64,000 nt of DNA from Octopus sinensis (GCF_006345805.1 NC_043018.1:9300001-9364000); one strand, 5' to 3'. Counted from the stretch's first letter, positions 24,150 to 37,230 are shown. The notes: generated from the letters alone by a model not told the origin. Program-made: numbers and translations.

Positions 24150-26960
24150 GATCCAACTTTCTTGTGGAGGTTTTGTGACTACTTTTCTCTGTTTATGACC
24201 CTACACTTTCAGCTAGTGAGGAAAAGGATATTTTCCTTTTGAACGGCACTTTTCAACAAAATTTCTAGTTAACTAAACACTTTTAAACTTCGTATACTGG
24301 TAGAATGTGTTTATAAAACATCATTTTCTCTTGGCTTTATTGAGAAAATTCTATAGGTTGTAAGATATTTCGTCTTTAATTTCGAGCATTTCGGCAATTT
24401 TAACCAATCGCTTACATCTATTTAGGTAAATAACATTCTGTGCATAATGAATATGTCTCACCTTTAAGAAACAGATTGGGTTTATTTACATTTGTGAAGA
24501 AAAAAGATACCCTTCCCCAACCCCTAACCCTAACCCTAAATCTAAAATAGATCGAAATGCAATAGATCGATACTAGGGCCATAATTATGGGTGACATTTT
24601 CATTTGACACCGCTAGAAAAAAATCCCATTTTCCGTAGCGGTGTCGTATGAAATTGTCACCCATAATTATAACCCTGGTATCGATCTATTGCATTTCAAT
24701 CTATTTTAGATTTAGGGTGAGTGTTAGGGTTAGGGGTGGGGGAAGGGTATCTTTTTTCTTCACAAATGTAAATAAACCCAATCTGTTTCTTAAAGGTGAG
24801 ACATATTCATTATGCACAGAATGTTATTTACCTAAATGGATGTAAGCGATTGGTTAAAATTGCCGAAATGCTCGAAATTAAAAACGAAATATCTTACAAC
24901 CTATAGAATTTTCTCAATAAAGCCAAGAGAAAATGATGTTTTATAAACACATTCTACCAGTATGCGAAGTTAAAAATTTTTTAGTTAACTAGAAATTTTG
25001 TTGAAAAGTGCCGTTCAAACCGAAAAGATCCGAAAATATTCATGTATTTTATGAGGAGCTTAAAAGTATTCTGTCAGTTCCTTTGAATGAGAAGTTGGTT
25101 GTGGTAAGTGACTTTAATGCACGTGTAGGTAGAGACTATGGTGCTTGGAACGTACTCGGGCGTTACAGTATAGGAAAGGTGAACGACAATGGAATGCATC
25201 TGCTACAAATGTGCTCTGAGCTAGGATTGGTTGTTGGGCATACTTTCTTTCGTCATAAGTTGAAGCATAAAGTTACCTGGATTCACCCAAGATCAAAGCA
25301 AGGTCACATGATCGAAGGCTGACTTTCAAGATCTGCGCAGTCTCAGCACATTACGAGGCGTTGATTGTGATACTGATCACAAAATGGTTACGGCCAAGTT
25401 CAAGTCCAGGGTCCGCAAGAAGATTCGCAGTGCCGGTGTACGAGTACCAAAGAAAATTGGTGTAGAGAAAATAGGCGCAGGAGTGGCTGTGTGGTAAGTA
25501 GCTTATTTAACAACCACATGGTTCCGGGTTCAGTCCCACTGCGTGGCACCTTGGGCAAGTGTCTTCTACTATAGCCTCGGGCCGACCAAAGCCTTGTGAG
25601 TGGATTTGGTAGACAGAAACTGAAGGAAGCCCGTCGTATATATGTATATATATATATATATATATGCGTGTGTGTGTTTGTCCCCCTAGCATTGCTTGAC
25701 AACCAATGCTGGTGTGTTTATGTCCCCGTTACTTAGCAGTTCGGCAAAAGAGACCGATAGAATAAGTACTGGGCTTACAAAAGAATAAGTCCTGGGGTCG
25801 AGTTGCTCGACTAAAGGCGGTGCTCCAGCATGGCCGCAGTCAAATGACTGAAACAAGTAAAAGAGAAAGAGAAAGAGAGAGCAGGTAAAACAGCCGCAAG
25901 TTTTGCGGTTATTTCAGGAGAGATGCATCAATGTTCATTGCAATCTTTTCGAGATGGAATATATAAAATGGGATCAGAGATGTTAGGTTTTAAGAGGAGA
26001 CAGTACCGAGACTTGTTTGATTCCAATAACACGGTGATAAATGAGCTTTTAGCAACAAAGAGGACCACCCATGAAAAGCTTCTTGACCCAAACGTTAAGA
26101 AAAAAGTGCAACTAGAAAGGTTGTACAAATCTCAGAAAGCAGACTTGCAAAAAGAACTCAGGAGGCTTAAAGACACTTGATGGAGAAATTTGTCTGAGGA
26201 AGTACAGGCAGCCTATGACAGGAAAGACATTAAAAATTGTTTATATTTTATTGCAGTAAGCTTTTGGACCGCAATCTTCATATGTTCCCTTGGAGTCATA
26301 AGATGGAAATGAAGTTATTAAAGATCCTACTGGAATAATGAATAGATGGAGAGAACACTTTGCAGATCTTTTCCATAATCCGTCCGTAGTGAACATGGAT
26401 ATCATAAACAACATTCCGCAAAGAGAGATGGTGCAACGATACACCTTCCATTGAAGAAGTAAATCTGGCATTATGTAAACTGAGATCAGGTAAAGCTCGC
26501 AGATTGGATGACATTCCAGATGAAATTCTGAAAGCAGGTGGGGATCGTATTTCATCTGAAATTTATAGTCTGATAACTCGAGTTTGAAATGAATCTTCTG
26601 TGCCACAGGAATGGATAAAAGGCATTCTAATCTCTCTATACAAGGGTAAGTGCCCAAAAGCAGTGTGTGGTAATTCTGACGGATAACTCTCCTGCCACAT
26701 ACCGGGAAGATACTTTCAAGGGTCATGTTAGATCGTCTCCTTGAGAATGTATGTCCACATGTGATTACTGAAGAACAGTGTGGCTTCAGACCCGAGCGAG
26801 GAATAATGGACATGATATTTTCTGCGAGGCAGGTTCAGGAGAAATGCTTAGAGGAACAGATGCCACTATAGATTTAACTAAGGCATTCGACACAGAAAAC
26901 AGGGAAGATTGTTTTGTGTAAACTTGGTTGCCCAACACATTTTGTGAGCATCTTTAACGT
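24150..26960 (+). mobile_element. Decayed RTE-clade LINE (endonuclease + RT N-terminus), interrupted by the palindromic MITE and a SINE (25474-25866)
   Basis: YDPTL..SEE|NIHVFYEEL, KLVVVSDFNARVG, TWIHPRSK.GH, EEQCGFRPERG..DMIFSARQVQEK motifs with frameshifts. Confidence 0.88.
24226..25031. mobile_element. ~806-bp palindromic double form of the MITE, inserted into an RTE LINE
   Basis: Two ~395-bp near-identical inverted arms around AAAAATCCCATTTTCCG; GAAAA duplicated at the insertion site. Confidence 0.9.
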
Positions 26961-27547
26961 GAAATAACTTTGTAAATATAAGTTTTTCTCAAAAATGCTA
27001 AGAGTAAAAGATGTTTTATATGACACACTCTACCAGTGTCCGAAGTTTAAAAGTGTTTAGTTACAAAAAATTATTTTTTAAAATCTGTAGGTCAAAAGGT
27101 AAAGATCCACGTATAATTCTGCCCTTACGAAAACTGGGCAAATTTTTACAATTTTAAAGCCTTAAAAAAGCAAAATGAAATCGAGTTGCACCTTTAGCCT
27201 CCCCTCGTCTTCCCCACTTCCTACATGCGTCTTCAACAGACATTGTTACTAAATATTATCAAGCAGGACTCCCCACCACACTCGCCCCTCCGTTCCTTCC
27301 AGTTTATCATTTCCGTTTTCGCATTTGAACTGATATGAAAATTACTTCTTGGTGATACAGAGGCGTAGTGTAGTTCTATGGTAAGAAGCTTGCTTCACAA
27401 CCACACGGTTCCAGGTTCAGTAATAGAAGTATGCGTCTATTCCGCTTGAACATCCGTGAAATTTCAATTTTCTCGAAGGGTTTACATTTGTAGACCTTGG
27501 GATGATGTGGGCTCAAAAATCGGAAAATTGCAACAGCGTATGCGTTC

Positions 27548-27924
27548 GGTTCGCCAACAAGATCGATAAAATAACTTAGCGTTTCATCGAAGTAGATCGA
27601 TAAAATAATCTAGCGGTTCGCCAAAAGAGATCGATGAAATGACTTAGCGGTTCGCCAAGGGATATCGATACAATAACTTAGCAGTTCGCCAAAGGCAATC
27701 GATAAAATAATTTAGTGGTTCGCCAAAGGAAAACGATAAAATTACTTAGCGGTTCGTCAAACGTGATCGATGAAATAACTTAGCGGTTCACCAAACGTGC
27801 TCGATAAGATAACTTATCGGTTCGCCTAAGGAGATCGGTAAAATAACTTAGCGGTTCGCCCAAGGAATCGATAAACTAACTTAGCGGTTCGCCGGTCGTG
27901 ATCGATAAAATAACATAGCGGTTC
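27548..27924. repeat. 34-bp tandem array, ~11 units
   Basis: Consensus GGTTCGCC-N(6-7)-ATCGATAAAATAACTTAGC. Confidence 0.93.
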
Positions 27925-28279
27925 TCTCGGACTCTCCCTCGCTTTCTCTTACTCTCTATCTTTCTCCCATTTATAAAAAATTAGATTTCCGCGCTTAAAC
28001 TACAAATCCGCTTCCACTTTGCCATGTTGAAAATTAGATTGAAATCGGGCAAAAGGTGTCCACTGTAGACCCCCAAGTGTCCCCAAAAGTCAATAAAATC
28101 CCCGTTTTCACAGCAATCAATTTCTCACCTCAAGTTACCCCCTCCTGTAAATTTTAATCCCCTTCCAGCCCCATTTAGACCCCTTTTTACATAAAAATCC
28201 AATTTGTATCAACGTTCGCCTTCTTCATTTTATAGAGTAGACATATATAAATATATACACTTTATATATATACACACAA

Positions 28280-28341
<62 letters not shown>

Positions 28342-30979
28342 ATACACATTATATATATATATATTTATTTACACACTCATATATATAAATTAACATAATA
28401 TATCTGATTAATAATATCTTTTATGATTGTGCGCTGGTGGTAGACGATAATAATTCACCGTTCTAAAAGACCTGTGGCGGGAATATTTAAACTTTTGTGG
28501 CTGTCAACGCTTTCTCTCTATAGATAAAGAGGTGGTGAGAGAAAAAGTGACAGAGAGATGGCGAAGCTGTTAAACGTCGTTATAGAAAGAAAATGGATGG
28601 AAGGGAGGAAAAAGAGAGATCGAGGAAGAGAGGGTGATATACGAAAGTGAGAAACGACAAACACTTGTCAAAGTGTGGGTTTTGTAGCCCTAGTAACCAC
28701 AGCTTTTGAGATAGGGATTTTAAACCTAGTCCACTCACTTCCTCGCCTCTTTTTACATGTCCCTGTAAAGTCTGGAGCCAATCCGACCCCATCTAGTGCT
28801 CTTTAACCTGTTCCATTCGCAAAATCAGACAGACAAACTTTTCGCATTTCAGCTTTATAGATATTGAATGTACCACACAACTTAAGCTTGTCAATTCATA
28901 ATAAACCTGTTCTGTGGCAAATAACATAGAAAGCCTACAACTGTAGACATTTGTATAAAACTGGTCTATGTTTTTGTGAACACATATTATCAGTTTAATT
29001 TATAGGAAATTATGATTATTTGTTACCCCGACACTCCTAAATAATCATATCTACTTTCACATATCATGGGGGGGGGCGAATAAGTGAAATTGGTCCAATC
29101 ACATTCTGTACTTTTCTATTATATACTTCCTTCTATGCCACGCCTCACACTCATCTACCAAGATTTAAAACAGGTGACTAATCAACAAACCGACATTACA
29201 CCCTATCACTTATAAGTGTGCGGTTATGCACACCCATCCACCTCTGTGTGTGTGTACACACACACACACTCCCTAAATTAGCATGCGTTTTTGTTCTTTA
29301 ATCAAGAGTATCCGAATGTTTATGTGCCTGCTTCGTTGTGTGAAGGTGCGTGGCTTAGTGGTGTGTATATATATTTACCTCTGGTCCATCACAGGATAAC
29401 TCATTTTTGCCAGATGAGTGGACTGGAGCAACATGAAGTGTTTTGCTCAAGAACACAACGCGTCGCCCGCTTAAGGAATTGAAACCACAATTTTACGATC
29501 AAGAGTCCAACGCCCCTAACCACTAGGCCACATGCCTCTACAGTGTTTGATATGATCGACGGAGAACCCATATGTGTGCGCATGCGCGCGGTTTGTTATC
29601 TGTAATCTGTGACAGATGTCGTTTGATTGATGTTTTCTTTGTTTGTGGAATAAAACAGTTTGCTTAGCAACGAAAGTTCCGACCGCGATACGGCGATAAG
29701 TGACATAACATACAATGCTGTTCGTTTCTATATTTTCACCCTAGAACCCGCTCGAGTATTTCTATCGTTGTCCCTCGTCAATAAAAGCACTGATGAAAGG
29801 GCTTTTCTAAAAGCTACAGTCAGGGTTGATTTTAAAAAATCAGGGATTACTCAGCGGTGGAGGAACTAGGATCACAAATTTTTACTAATATCAGTTGCTG
29901 CAGCCAACGAAAGAGGTTCTAACGACGCTAGGAATGGTAGTCAAATCTTCCCCATATCAAAATCATCATCAAAGGCGTTCCAGCCATGACTATTCGATTG
30001 ATAATGTACTTAGAACTATATAATTCAATCTATTCTTATTTTTAAGACGGTATAATATAATTTGAGAAAGATTTGGCTGCTATTTCTACCAGTTCTAGTA
30101 CTCATGTAAAAATTCCCTCAAAGGCTTGTATAATTGTTTCGTTTCACCCCAGGTCAGCTCTGATCAAAGGCTTTCCAACCTTGACCATTTTCTATATAAG
30201 GAACTACATTAATCAGTGTATCATTCTTTAGTTAACGCAAAAGTTTACTCTGTGTGCAAATTTTTTATCTTTCTTTGCAAAGTGCGCATCGATGAGAGTA
30301 ACCCTTTTCAATTTGCAGAAATTCTGTTTCATCAGGAAAATCTTGGGTGTGCAATTTCCTTTCTTTGTACACTAGTTGTAAAACGTGTGTGCGCGCAGAG
30401 GCGCACAACTTAGAGGAAAACGTGTTCGTGACTAACTTTTTGGTGGCCATCTGTTACATCAACGCAGCCTGTTGTCACGATATCTTTTATAAGGATTAAA
30501 TTTATCTTCATCGATTGATGGCTGTTTCCACTGAAACAAGTTCAGGCAAACTCGTGTCTCCTCATCAAGTTGTGTTCTTGAATAGCTTGCTGTTCTTGAA
30601 TATCGAAATTTTCGACATGTCGAACAGGACCATCTTTGCAGTATTAAAGGACCTTGGGAAAAGTCAATGCACAGAATCCTGTAGTATTTATTGTCAGTAA
30701 GCCACAGAATACATAGGTCAGAATCGGCCCCCTAAACCGTTCATCCTGCAGGCAGATCAACTGGCTAGACCCCATAGTATTTATTTATTGACAGCAAACC
30801 ACAGCATACGCAGATCAGAATCAAGCCCCCTACATATGTTGAACCTATCCATACCTTAAGATGGTACTGATCCCGCGTACGATTTTATGCAGAACAAGCC
30901 AATAAAACAGCCTTGCTTCTCCACTGCTTACTGAATATCCATATGGCGATTGTCCAAAGATTCTGGAGATGTTTTTATA

Positions 30980-32484
30980 TCAGGTCATCCTATAAGTTCT
31001 GTCCGATTTTACCTTTTTTAAAATTCAATGAAATTTAATAGTATTTTAGAATGCCTAATGGAAGTAAAAATTATTTTTATGCATTTGTGTACATTTAAAC
31101 TAATTAAACATTATTTCACAGAATAACAGAATTAAAATTTCGTTGATTAAAACCATTTCTAGCATGGAAGTATCCAAAGAGGATTTAAGGCAAGTAATGC
31201 TTTATGAGTAAAAAAAGGAAACTCTGCAGCCGAAGCGACTCGAAACATACACTCAGTTTATGGGAAAGAATGCTTGAATGAAAGAACTTGCAGAAAATGG
31301 TTTTCAAAATTCAGAAGTGGAGATTTCAGCCTTGAGGATGAAGATCGAACAGAACGTTCAGTTGAGTTTGATAATAAGCTCCTTAAGGCATTACTTTAAG
31401 AAAATCCTGCATTATCAGTTGAAGAATTGGCAATAAAGTTTAGTTCAAACCATACAACTGTTCAGCGTCATCTTCAACAACTTGGAAAGGTTCCTAAACT
31501 TAGAAAATGGGTGCCTCATGAATTGTCCGAAAGCAACCGCAAATCCCGAGTTGACATCTGCTCTTCTCTTCATTCTCGCGAACTCATTTCACCCTTTTTG
31601 GATAGACTTGTGACTGGTGGCGTAAAATGGATCTTCTATCGAAATGTTAAACGTCGTAAACAGTGGCTTGGTAAAAGGGAAAAAGCTCAACCACAACCGA
31701 GACGGGAACTTCATGGGAAAAAGGTTCTCTCTATCTGGTGGGATTGCAAAGGAGTAATTCACTTTGAATTGTCACCACTTAATGCAACAATCAATGCTCA
31801 AGTCTACTGTCAGCAATTAGAGCATTTGAACCAAGCTTTGAAGAAAAAAAGACCCGCTTTAGTGAATCAGGACAATGCGCGACCCCTCACTGCAAAGATT
31901 TCATCACAAAAGATCGAAGAGTTTAGTTGGGAAAAAAATTCCTGATCCACCTTATTCTCCCGACCTTGCTCCTTCAGACTACCATTTGTTTCGTAGTTTA
32001 CAGAATCATTTGGGGGACATAACTTTCGCATAACTTTGGTTGAGCTTTTTTCCTTTTACCATGCCACTATTTACGACGTTTAACATTTCGATAGAAGATC
32101 CATTTTCGTCATCAGTCACAAGTCTATCCAAAAAGGGTGAAATGAGTTCGCGAGAATGGAGAGAAGAGCAGATGTCAACTCAGGATTTGCAGTTGCTTTC
32201 GGACAATTCATGAGGCACTCATTTTCCAAATTTAGGAACCTTTCCAAATTGTTGATGATGACGATGAACAGTTGTATGGTTTGAGCTAAACTGATATTTC
32301 AGAGTTTTTCGCTTTGAAACCAAAAGAGTTTTACATTGATGGGATTAAAAAGCTTGTAAATAGATGGAAGGAAGTCATAGATAATCAGGGAAAGTACATT
32401 GATGATTAAATTTCAATTAAATATAACATTTGATCACTTGTTTTCTTTATTCGAAATTCGGACAGAACTTATGGGATGATCTGA
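30980..32484 (+). mobile_element. Decayed mariner (Tc1/mariner, D34D-type) DNA transposon
   Basis: TIRs TCAGGTCATCCTATAAGTTCTGTCCGA / TCGGACAGAACTTATGGGATGATCTGA flanked by TA; transposase 31164-32409 with WVPHEL, QDNARP and YSPDLAPSDY motifs, stops and frameshifts; first catalytic Asp lost (TGGVKW). Confidence 0.93.
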
Positions 32485-32907
32485 TATTTCATCAAATCAT
32501 TTTCAACACTGAGGGACGTTTGTTTTTCCCCCCTCTTCACGACATTATCTCTGTTCTAACGTCAGTTGCCAACTACGCTGTCGATTGGCAACTCATTTCA
32601 ATAACTCACAACTATCGTCTACTTCACCTCAAAAGTTTACGTCTTCTGATAATTACGGACCTGTCAAAACAGTCTTATCAATTTCAGTTTTGACCCTGAT
32701 TTTAGTTTTGAGTATTAACCTTCAGATAAAAAGTATTGTTTGTGTTATTCAAAGTAATTAGATGTTATTTCGTCATCGAATTATGGTTGTGTGCTCTTTT
32801 GTTTACTGGGTTATTATTTTTTTTTGTTTTGGTTGTTTGTAATGCAAACGGAAAATCCCTTTTTTCTCCCGCCCCTTAACAAGCTATCCTATATTGTTAG
32901 GCGCAGG

Positions 32908-33323
32908 GGATCTTTTCGGTTTGAACGGCAGTTTTTAACATAATTTCTAGGTAACTAAAAAATTTCAAACTTCGTAAACTGGTAGAAAGTGTTTTTAAAA
33001 CGTCTTTTTCTCTTGGCTTTATTGAGAAAATTCTGTAGTTTGTAAGATATTTGTTGGGTTTTTTTCTTCAATTTCTGCAATTTCAACCAATCATCGACGT
33101 CTATTGAGGTAAAAAAAACATTCTGTGCCGTATGAATATGTCCCTTGTTTAAGAATCAGATTGGGTTTATTTACATTTGTGAAGAAAAAAATACCCTTCC
33201 CCCACCCCTAACCCTAACCCTAAAACAGATTGAAATGCAATAGATCGATACTAGGGTTATAATTATGGGTGACAATTTCATATGACACTGCTAGAAAAAC
33301 TGCCGTTCAAACCGAAAAGTTCC
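32908..33323. mobile_element. Same MITE family
   Basis: TIRs and shared internal sequence. Confidence 0.9.
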
Positions 33324-34130
33324 GCGTTTTCTACTAGAGTAGCTTCGAGCTGACTAATGTCTTGCAAGTTAATTTGGTAGACGGAAACTGAGTGGAAGCC
33401 AGTCACGCGTTTGTATGTGTTTGTCCTCCCACCGCTTGACAACTGGCATTGGTTTGGTTTGTTTACGTTCCCGTAACATAGTGGTTCAGCAAAAGAGACC
33501 GATAGAACAAGGAGTGATTTATTCGACTAAAACCTTTCAAGGCAGTGCCCCAGCATGGTCGCTATGCATTGGCCGAAACAAGTAAAATGTAAAATACAAA
33601 AAATTGCACAGCGAATTTAAAGCCCTCAATTTTGTTGACCCGTAAAAATGAATGCAAAACCTACCCCATTGAGACTACATATTGAGGACGCTTTTGCGTA
33701 CCGCTCTATCGATTCTGCTCATACACCACCGATAAATAATATTGATTTTTAATATAGGTACCAAGACTGAAATGTTTGGGACTGATATAGCTGATTAAAT
33801 CGATCACTGTATTTGACCGAAGATTATTTTATCAACCCCGAAAGGGAAAAGAGGGTAAAGCAGATCTCGACGTTACTTCGTCATCCAATAATCATTTTAT
33901 GTTGTATTCAAACGAAAAGGCGCAACCTTGTCCTAAATTAGCTTTGTGGATAAAAAGAAAACGAATAAACAAACGGTTTATAAATTTTGCCTTATACTTT
34001 ATTCATCTTTTTCTTTATGTAGCTATTCCGAAATTTATATCGAGAATATTTTTGGCTTCTTCCGTTACAGTGCGGTGTCGAAAGTTGTATTTCACTGTAA
34101 ATAAGTGACAATTTACAAGGGTTTTTTTTT

Positions 34131-34513
34131 ATCCTTTCGGTTTGAACGGCAGTTTTTAACAAAGTTTCTAGGTAACTAAAAAATTTTAACTTTTTTCTCA
34201 TGGCTTTATTGAGAAAATTCTATGGTTTGTAAGATATTTGTTGTTGTTTTTCTCTTCAATTTCGGCAATTTTAACCAATCACTGATGTCTATCGAGGTAA
34301 AAAAAACATTATGTGTCGTATGAACATGTCCCTCGTTTAAGAAACAGATTGGGTTTATTTACATTTGCGAAGAAAAAAGATACCCTTCCTCCACTCCTAA
34401 CCCTAACCCTAAAACAGATTGAAATGCAATAGATCGATACTAGGGTCATAGTTATGGGTGACAATTTCATATGACACCGCTAGAAAAAACTGCCGTTCAA
34501 ACCGAAAAGATCC
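34131..34513. mobile_element. Same MITE family (left TIR eroded)
   Basis: Shared internal sequence, right TIR intact. Confidence 0.88.
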
Positions 34514-35097
34514 GGGGTTTTTTCTTTCTTTTTCTTCTGTAAAAAACTTTCTTTGCAACCCAGTGATAAAGTCATTACACGAGTGATACTGTTGTTGCTG
34601 GTACTAACAGAAATAAGGCTTGCGTCCAGAGAAACACGCATACACACACACAAATATTGCTTCTATTAAAGGCACAAGACCTGAAATATGGATGGAAAGG
34701 GCTAAGTTGATTACAGAGGTCCTAGTGCTTAACTGGGACGTATTTTATCGACCCTGAAAAGACGAAAGGCAAAGTCGACCTCGGTGGAATTTGAACTCAG
34801 AATGCTGCCGAGCATTTTGTCGAGTAAGGGTTACGATTCAACCAGTTCGCCGCCTTTACACACAAAGACACACACACACACAGTATTGGTCAACCCAATG
34901 TGACGTGCAATGGTAAGGAATCCGGAATCATGTGATCGCAAACCCAACTTCATAACAACACAGCCACGTCTGCATCCAGATTGTCTATATATTGCTTACG
35001 TTGCGGGAACTTAGTTTTATCGACCCTAAAGTGATAAGAAAAACTCTCACCTCTGTCATATTGTGAGCTCAAGACACGAAGTGTCAAAATAATTCCA

Positions 35098-35507
35098 GGA
35101 TCTTTTCGGTTTGAACAGCAGTTTTTTCTAGCGGTGTCATATGAAATTGTCACCCATAATTATGACCCTAGTATCGATCTATTGCATTTCAATGTTTTAG
35201 GGTTAGGGGTGGGGGAAGGGTAACCCTTTTTTCTTCACAAATGTAAATAAATCCAATCTGTTTCTTAAACGAGGGACATATTCATACGACACAGAATGTT
35301 TTTTGCTTCAATAGACGTCAGTGATTGGTTGAAATTGCAGAAATTGAAGAAAAAAAACAACAAATATCTTACAAACCATAGAATTTTCTCAATAAAGCCA
35401 AGAGAAAAAGATGTTTTATAAACACATTCTACCAGTATATGAAGTTTAAAATTTTTTAGTTACCTAGAAATTATGTTAAAAAACTACCGTTCAAACCGAA
35501 AAGATCC
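35098..35507. mobile_element. ~410-bp TIR MITE with internal TTAGGG-like repeats (reference copy)
   Basis: TIR GGATCTTTTCGGTTTGAAC; perfect 8-bp TSD TAATTCCA. Confidence 0.92.
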
Positions 35508-36065
35508 TAATTCCATCAACTCCGACGTAGGCGAGAGTTTGGTCCAAATTTTTTAAAAATTGAGTCAGAAGAATAATGACTGCTAATTGCAACACATCAT
35601 AATTGGGTGTCGAAATATATGATCTACGAGTCAAACGTTTGACAGGAATGTCAACTTAAACAGGCTTTTCTAAGTGGACTGCTTGACTTATTACATACAC
35701 ACTTAAATTTCCTACACTGACACTGGCGCGTGCGTGTTCATATATGTTTGTGTATGTGCACATATTATGTACGCGAGCCGAGAATTTTATTTATAACCGA
35801 AATTGTTCCGCGCAAACTCTCACACAGGATACACTCACACGGGCGCGTCACGTACATTTTATACACACACATACATACAAATCTCACGGCACTGACCAGA
35901 GGATTGGATGTTGGTATACATCGCTAGTCACAATATGCTTCGCATTGTTTTAGCTTTCGAATGATGCCAACCTGCTGGTTAGGCGAGCACAATATATACA
36001 TACATACATACATATTTAAACATATTTAAATATATATAATATATATATATATATATTATATATAT

Positions 36066-36098
<33 letters not shown>

Positions 36099-36517
36099 TA
36101 TATAAAAGGGCTTAGTAAAATAAATTACTTTGCCGCATACTGAACTCATTAGAAATAGCAGCTAAAAAACTTTTTTAAAGCTATTTCTAATACTTAACGA
36201 AAATCTCTCTCATATATAGTGTTTGCTTAATTCAACTCACAAAAGTTTGGGGGTAAGGACATCGAAAAATCAAATGCTAAGGTTATTTGAATTAAGCAAA
36301 CACTATATATGAGAGAGATTTTCGTTAAGTATTAGAAATAGCTTTAAAAAAGTTTTTTAGCTGCTATTTCTAATGAGTTCAGTATGCGGCAAAGTAATTA
36401 TTTTACTAAGCCCTTTTATATAATGTAATAATTTGAATTCGCCTTGAATGGTCCCTTTGCATACTGAACACTTGGTGAAATTGATTAATAATTAATTAAT
36501 TTTGCCCTCAATTGTTG

Positions 36518-36548
<31 letters not shown>

Positions 36549-36580
36549 CTTTATTTAAAGCAGCAGAAATTCAACAAAAC

Positions 36581-36618
36581 CTGTTACTCTGAGTTTCACG
36601 TTGCCGTTCGTCGGACAG
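36581..36618 (-). ncRNA. Mirror-image hammerhead motif on the minus strand
   Basis: Exact reverse complement of 36659-36696 within the palindrome. Confidence 0.65.
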
Positions 36619-36658
36619 TTTTTGCTAGAATAGAACCGCGGTTCTATTCTAGCAAAAA

Positions 36659-36696
36659 CTGTCCGACGAACGGCAACGTGAAACTCAGAGTAACAG
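36659..36696 (+). ncRNA. Minimal type I hammerhead ribozyme motif (U4C variant)
   Basis: CTGT-CCGACGA-ACG(GCAA)CGT-GAAA-CTCAGAG-TA-ACAG; GNRA-capped stem II, quasi-palindromic stem III. Confidence 0.65.
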
Positions 36697-36794
36697 GTTT
36701 TGTTGAATTTTCTGCTGCTTTAAATAAAGCATATTACTCTACCACTGGTATTTGAGTACTCTTTTTTCCACCTTGTTTCACATTTATGTGTCAC

Positions 36795-37230
36795 CTTCAG
36801 CGACCAGTCCATCAGGCGTCCATTTGACACCGCTGGTCACAGCACACTGTCCACTCCTCTCCGGATCGCACCTTTCTCATCCACGTGATCCCAATCGTCC
36901 TCCTGAAATCGTAACTCCACCGTCGTGGAAGCCTTCCGGGTGGTCGTTTCCGCTCGCGCGGGTACCACTCGACAACTGCGCGGGTCCATCTAAACTTGCT
37001 GCGTGTATACTCTGCGATGACATCCCTCACGCCGGACTTCTTTCTGATGATCTCGCTACTGATGTGCTCTCTCAACGAGATACCAAGCATTGACCTTTCC
37101 ATGGCTCTTTGAGCTGTTACCAGTCTCTGCTCTTCTCTCTTTGTTGTAGCCCATGTTTCACTACCATATAAAATTGCAGGTAGAACTGTACTGTTGATGA
37201 GGTTGGCGCGGGTGGTCCTGTCCAACACAT
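36795..37230 (-). mobile_element. RTE LINE 3' fragment (post-RT domain)
   Basis: VLPAILYGSETW...QRAMERSMLGI...KRPPGR..RRW. Confidence 0.85.

Noticed and set aside
27548-27924. CRISPR array
   Set aside because: Variable segments are only 6-7 nt, no cas genes, eukaryotic context
29786-29830. CTGATGA core as a hammerhead (likewise 431, 15210, 19412, 47861, 60772)
   Set aside because: No stem II followed by GAAA-stem III-NUH and no stem I closure
31427-31945. SETMAR/Metnase host gene
   Set aside because: No SET domain; TIRs and TA TSD present; stops, frameshifts and loss of a catalytic Asp indicate a dead transposon
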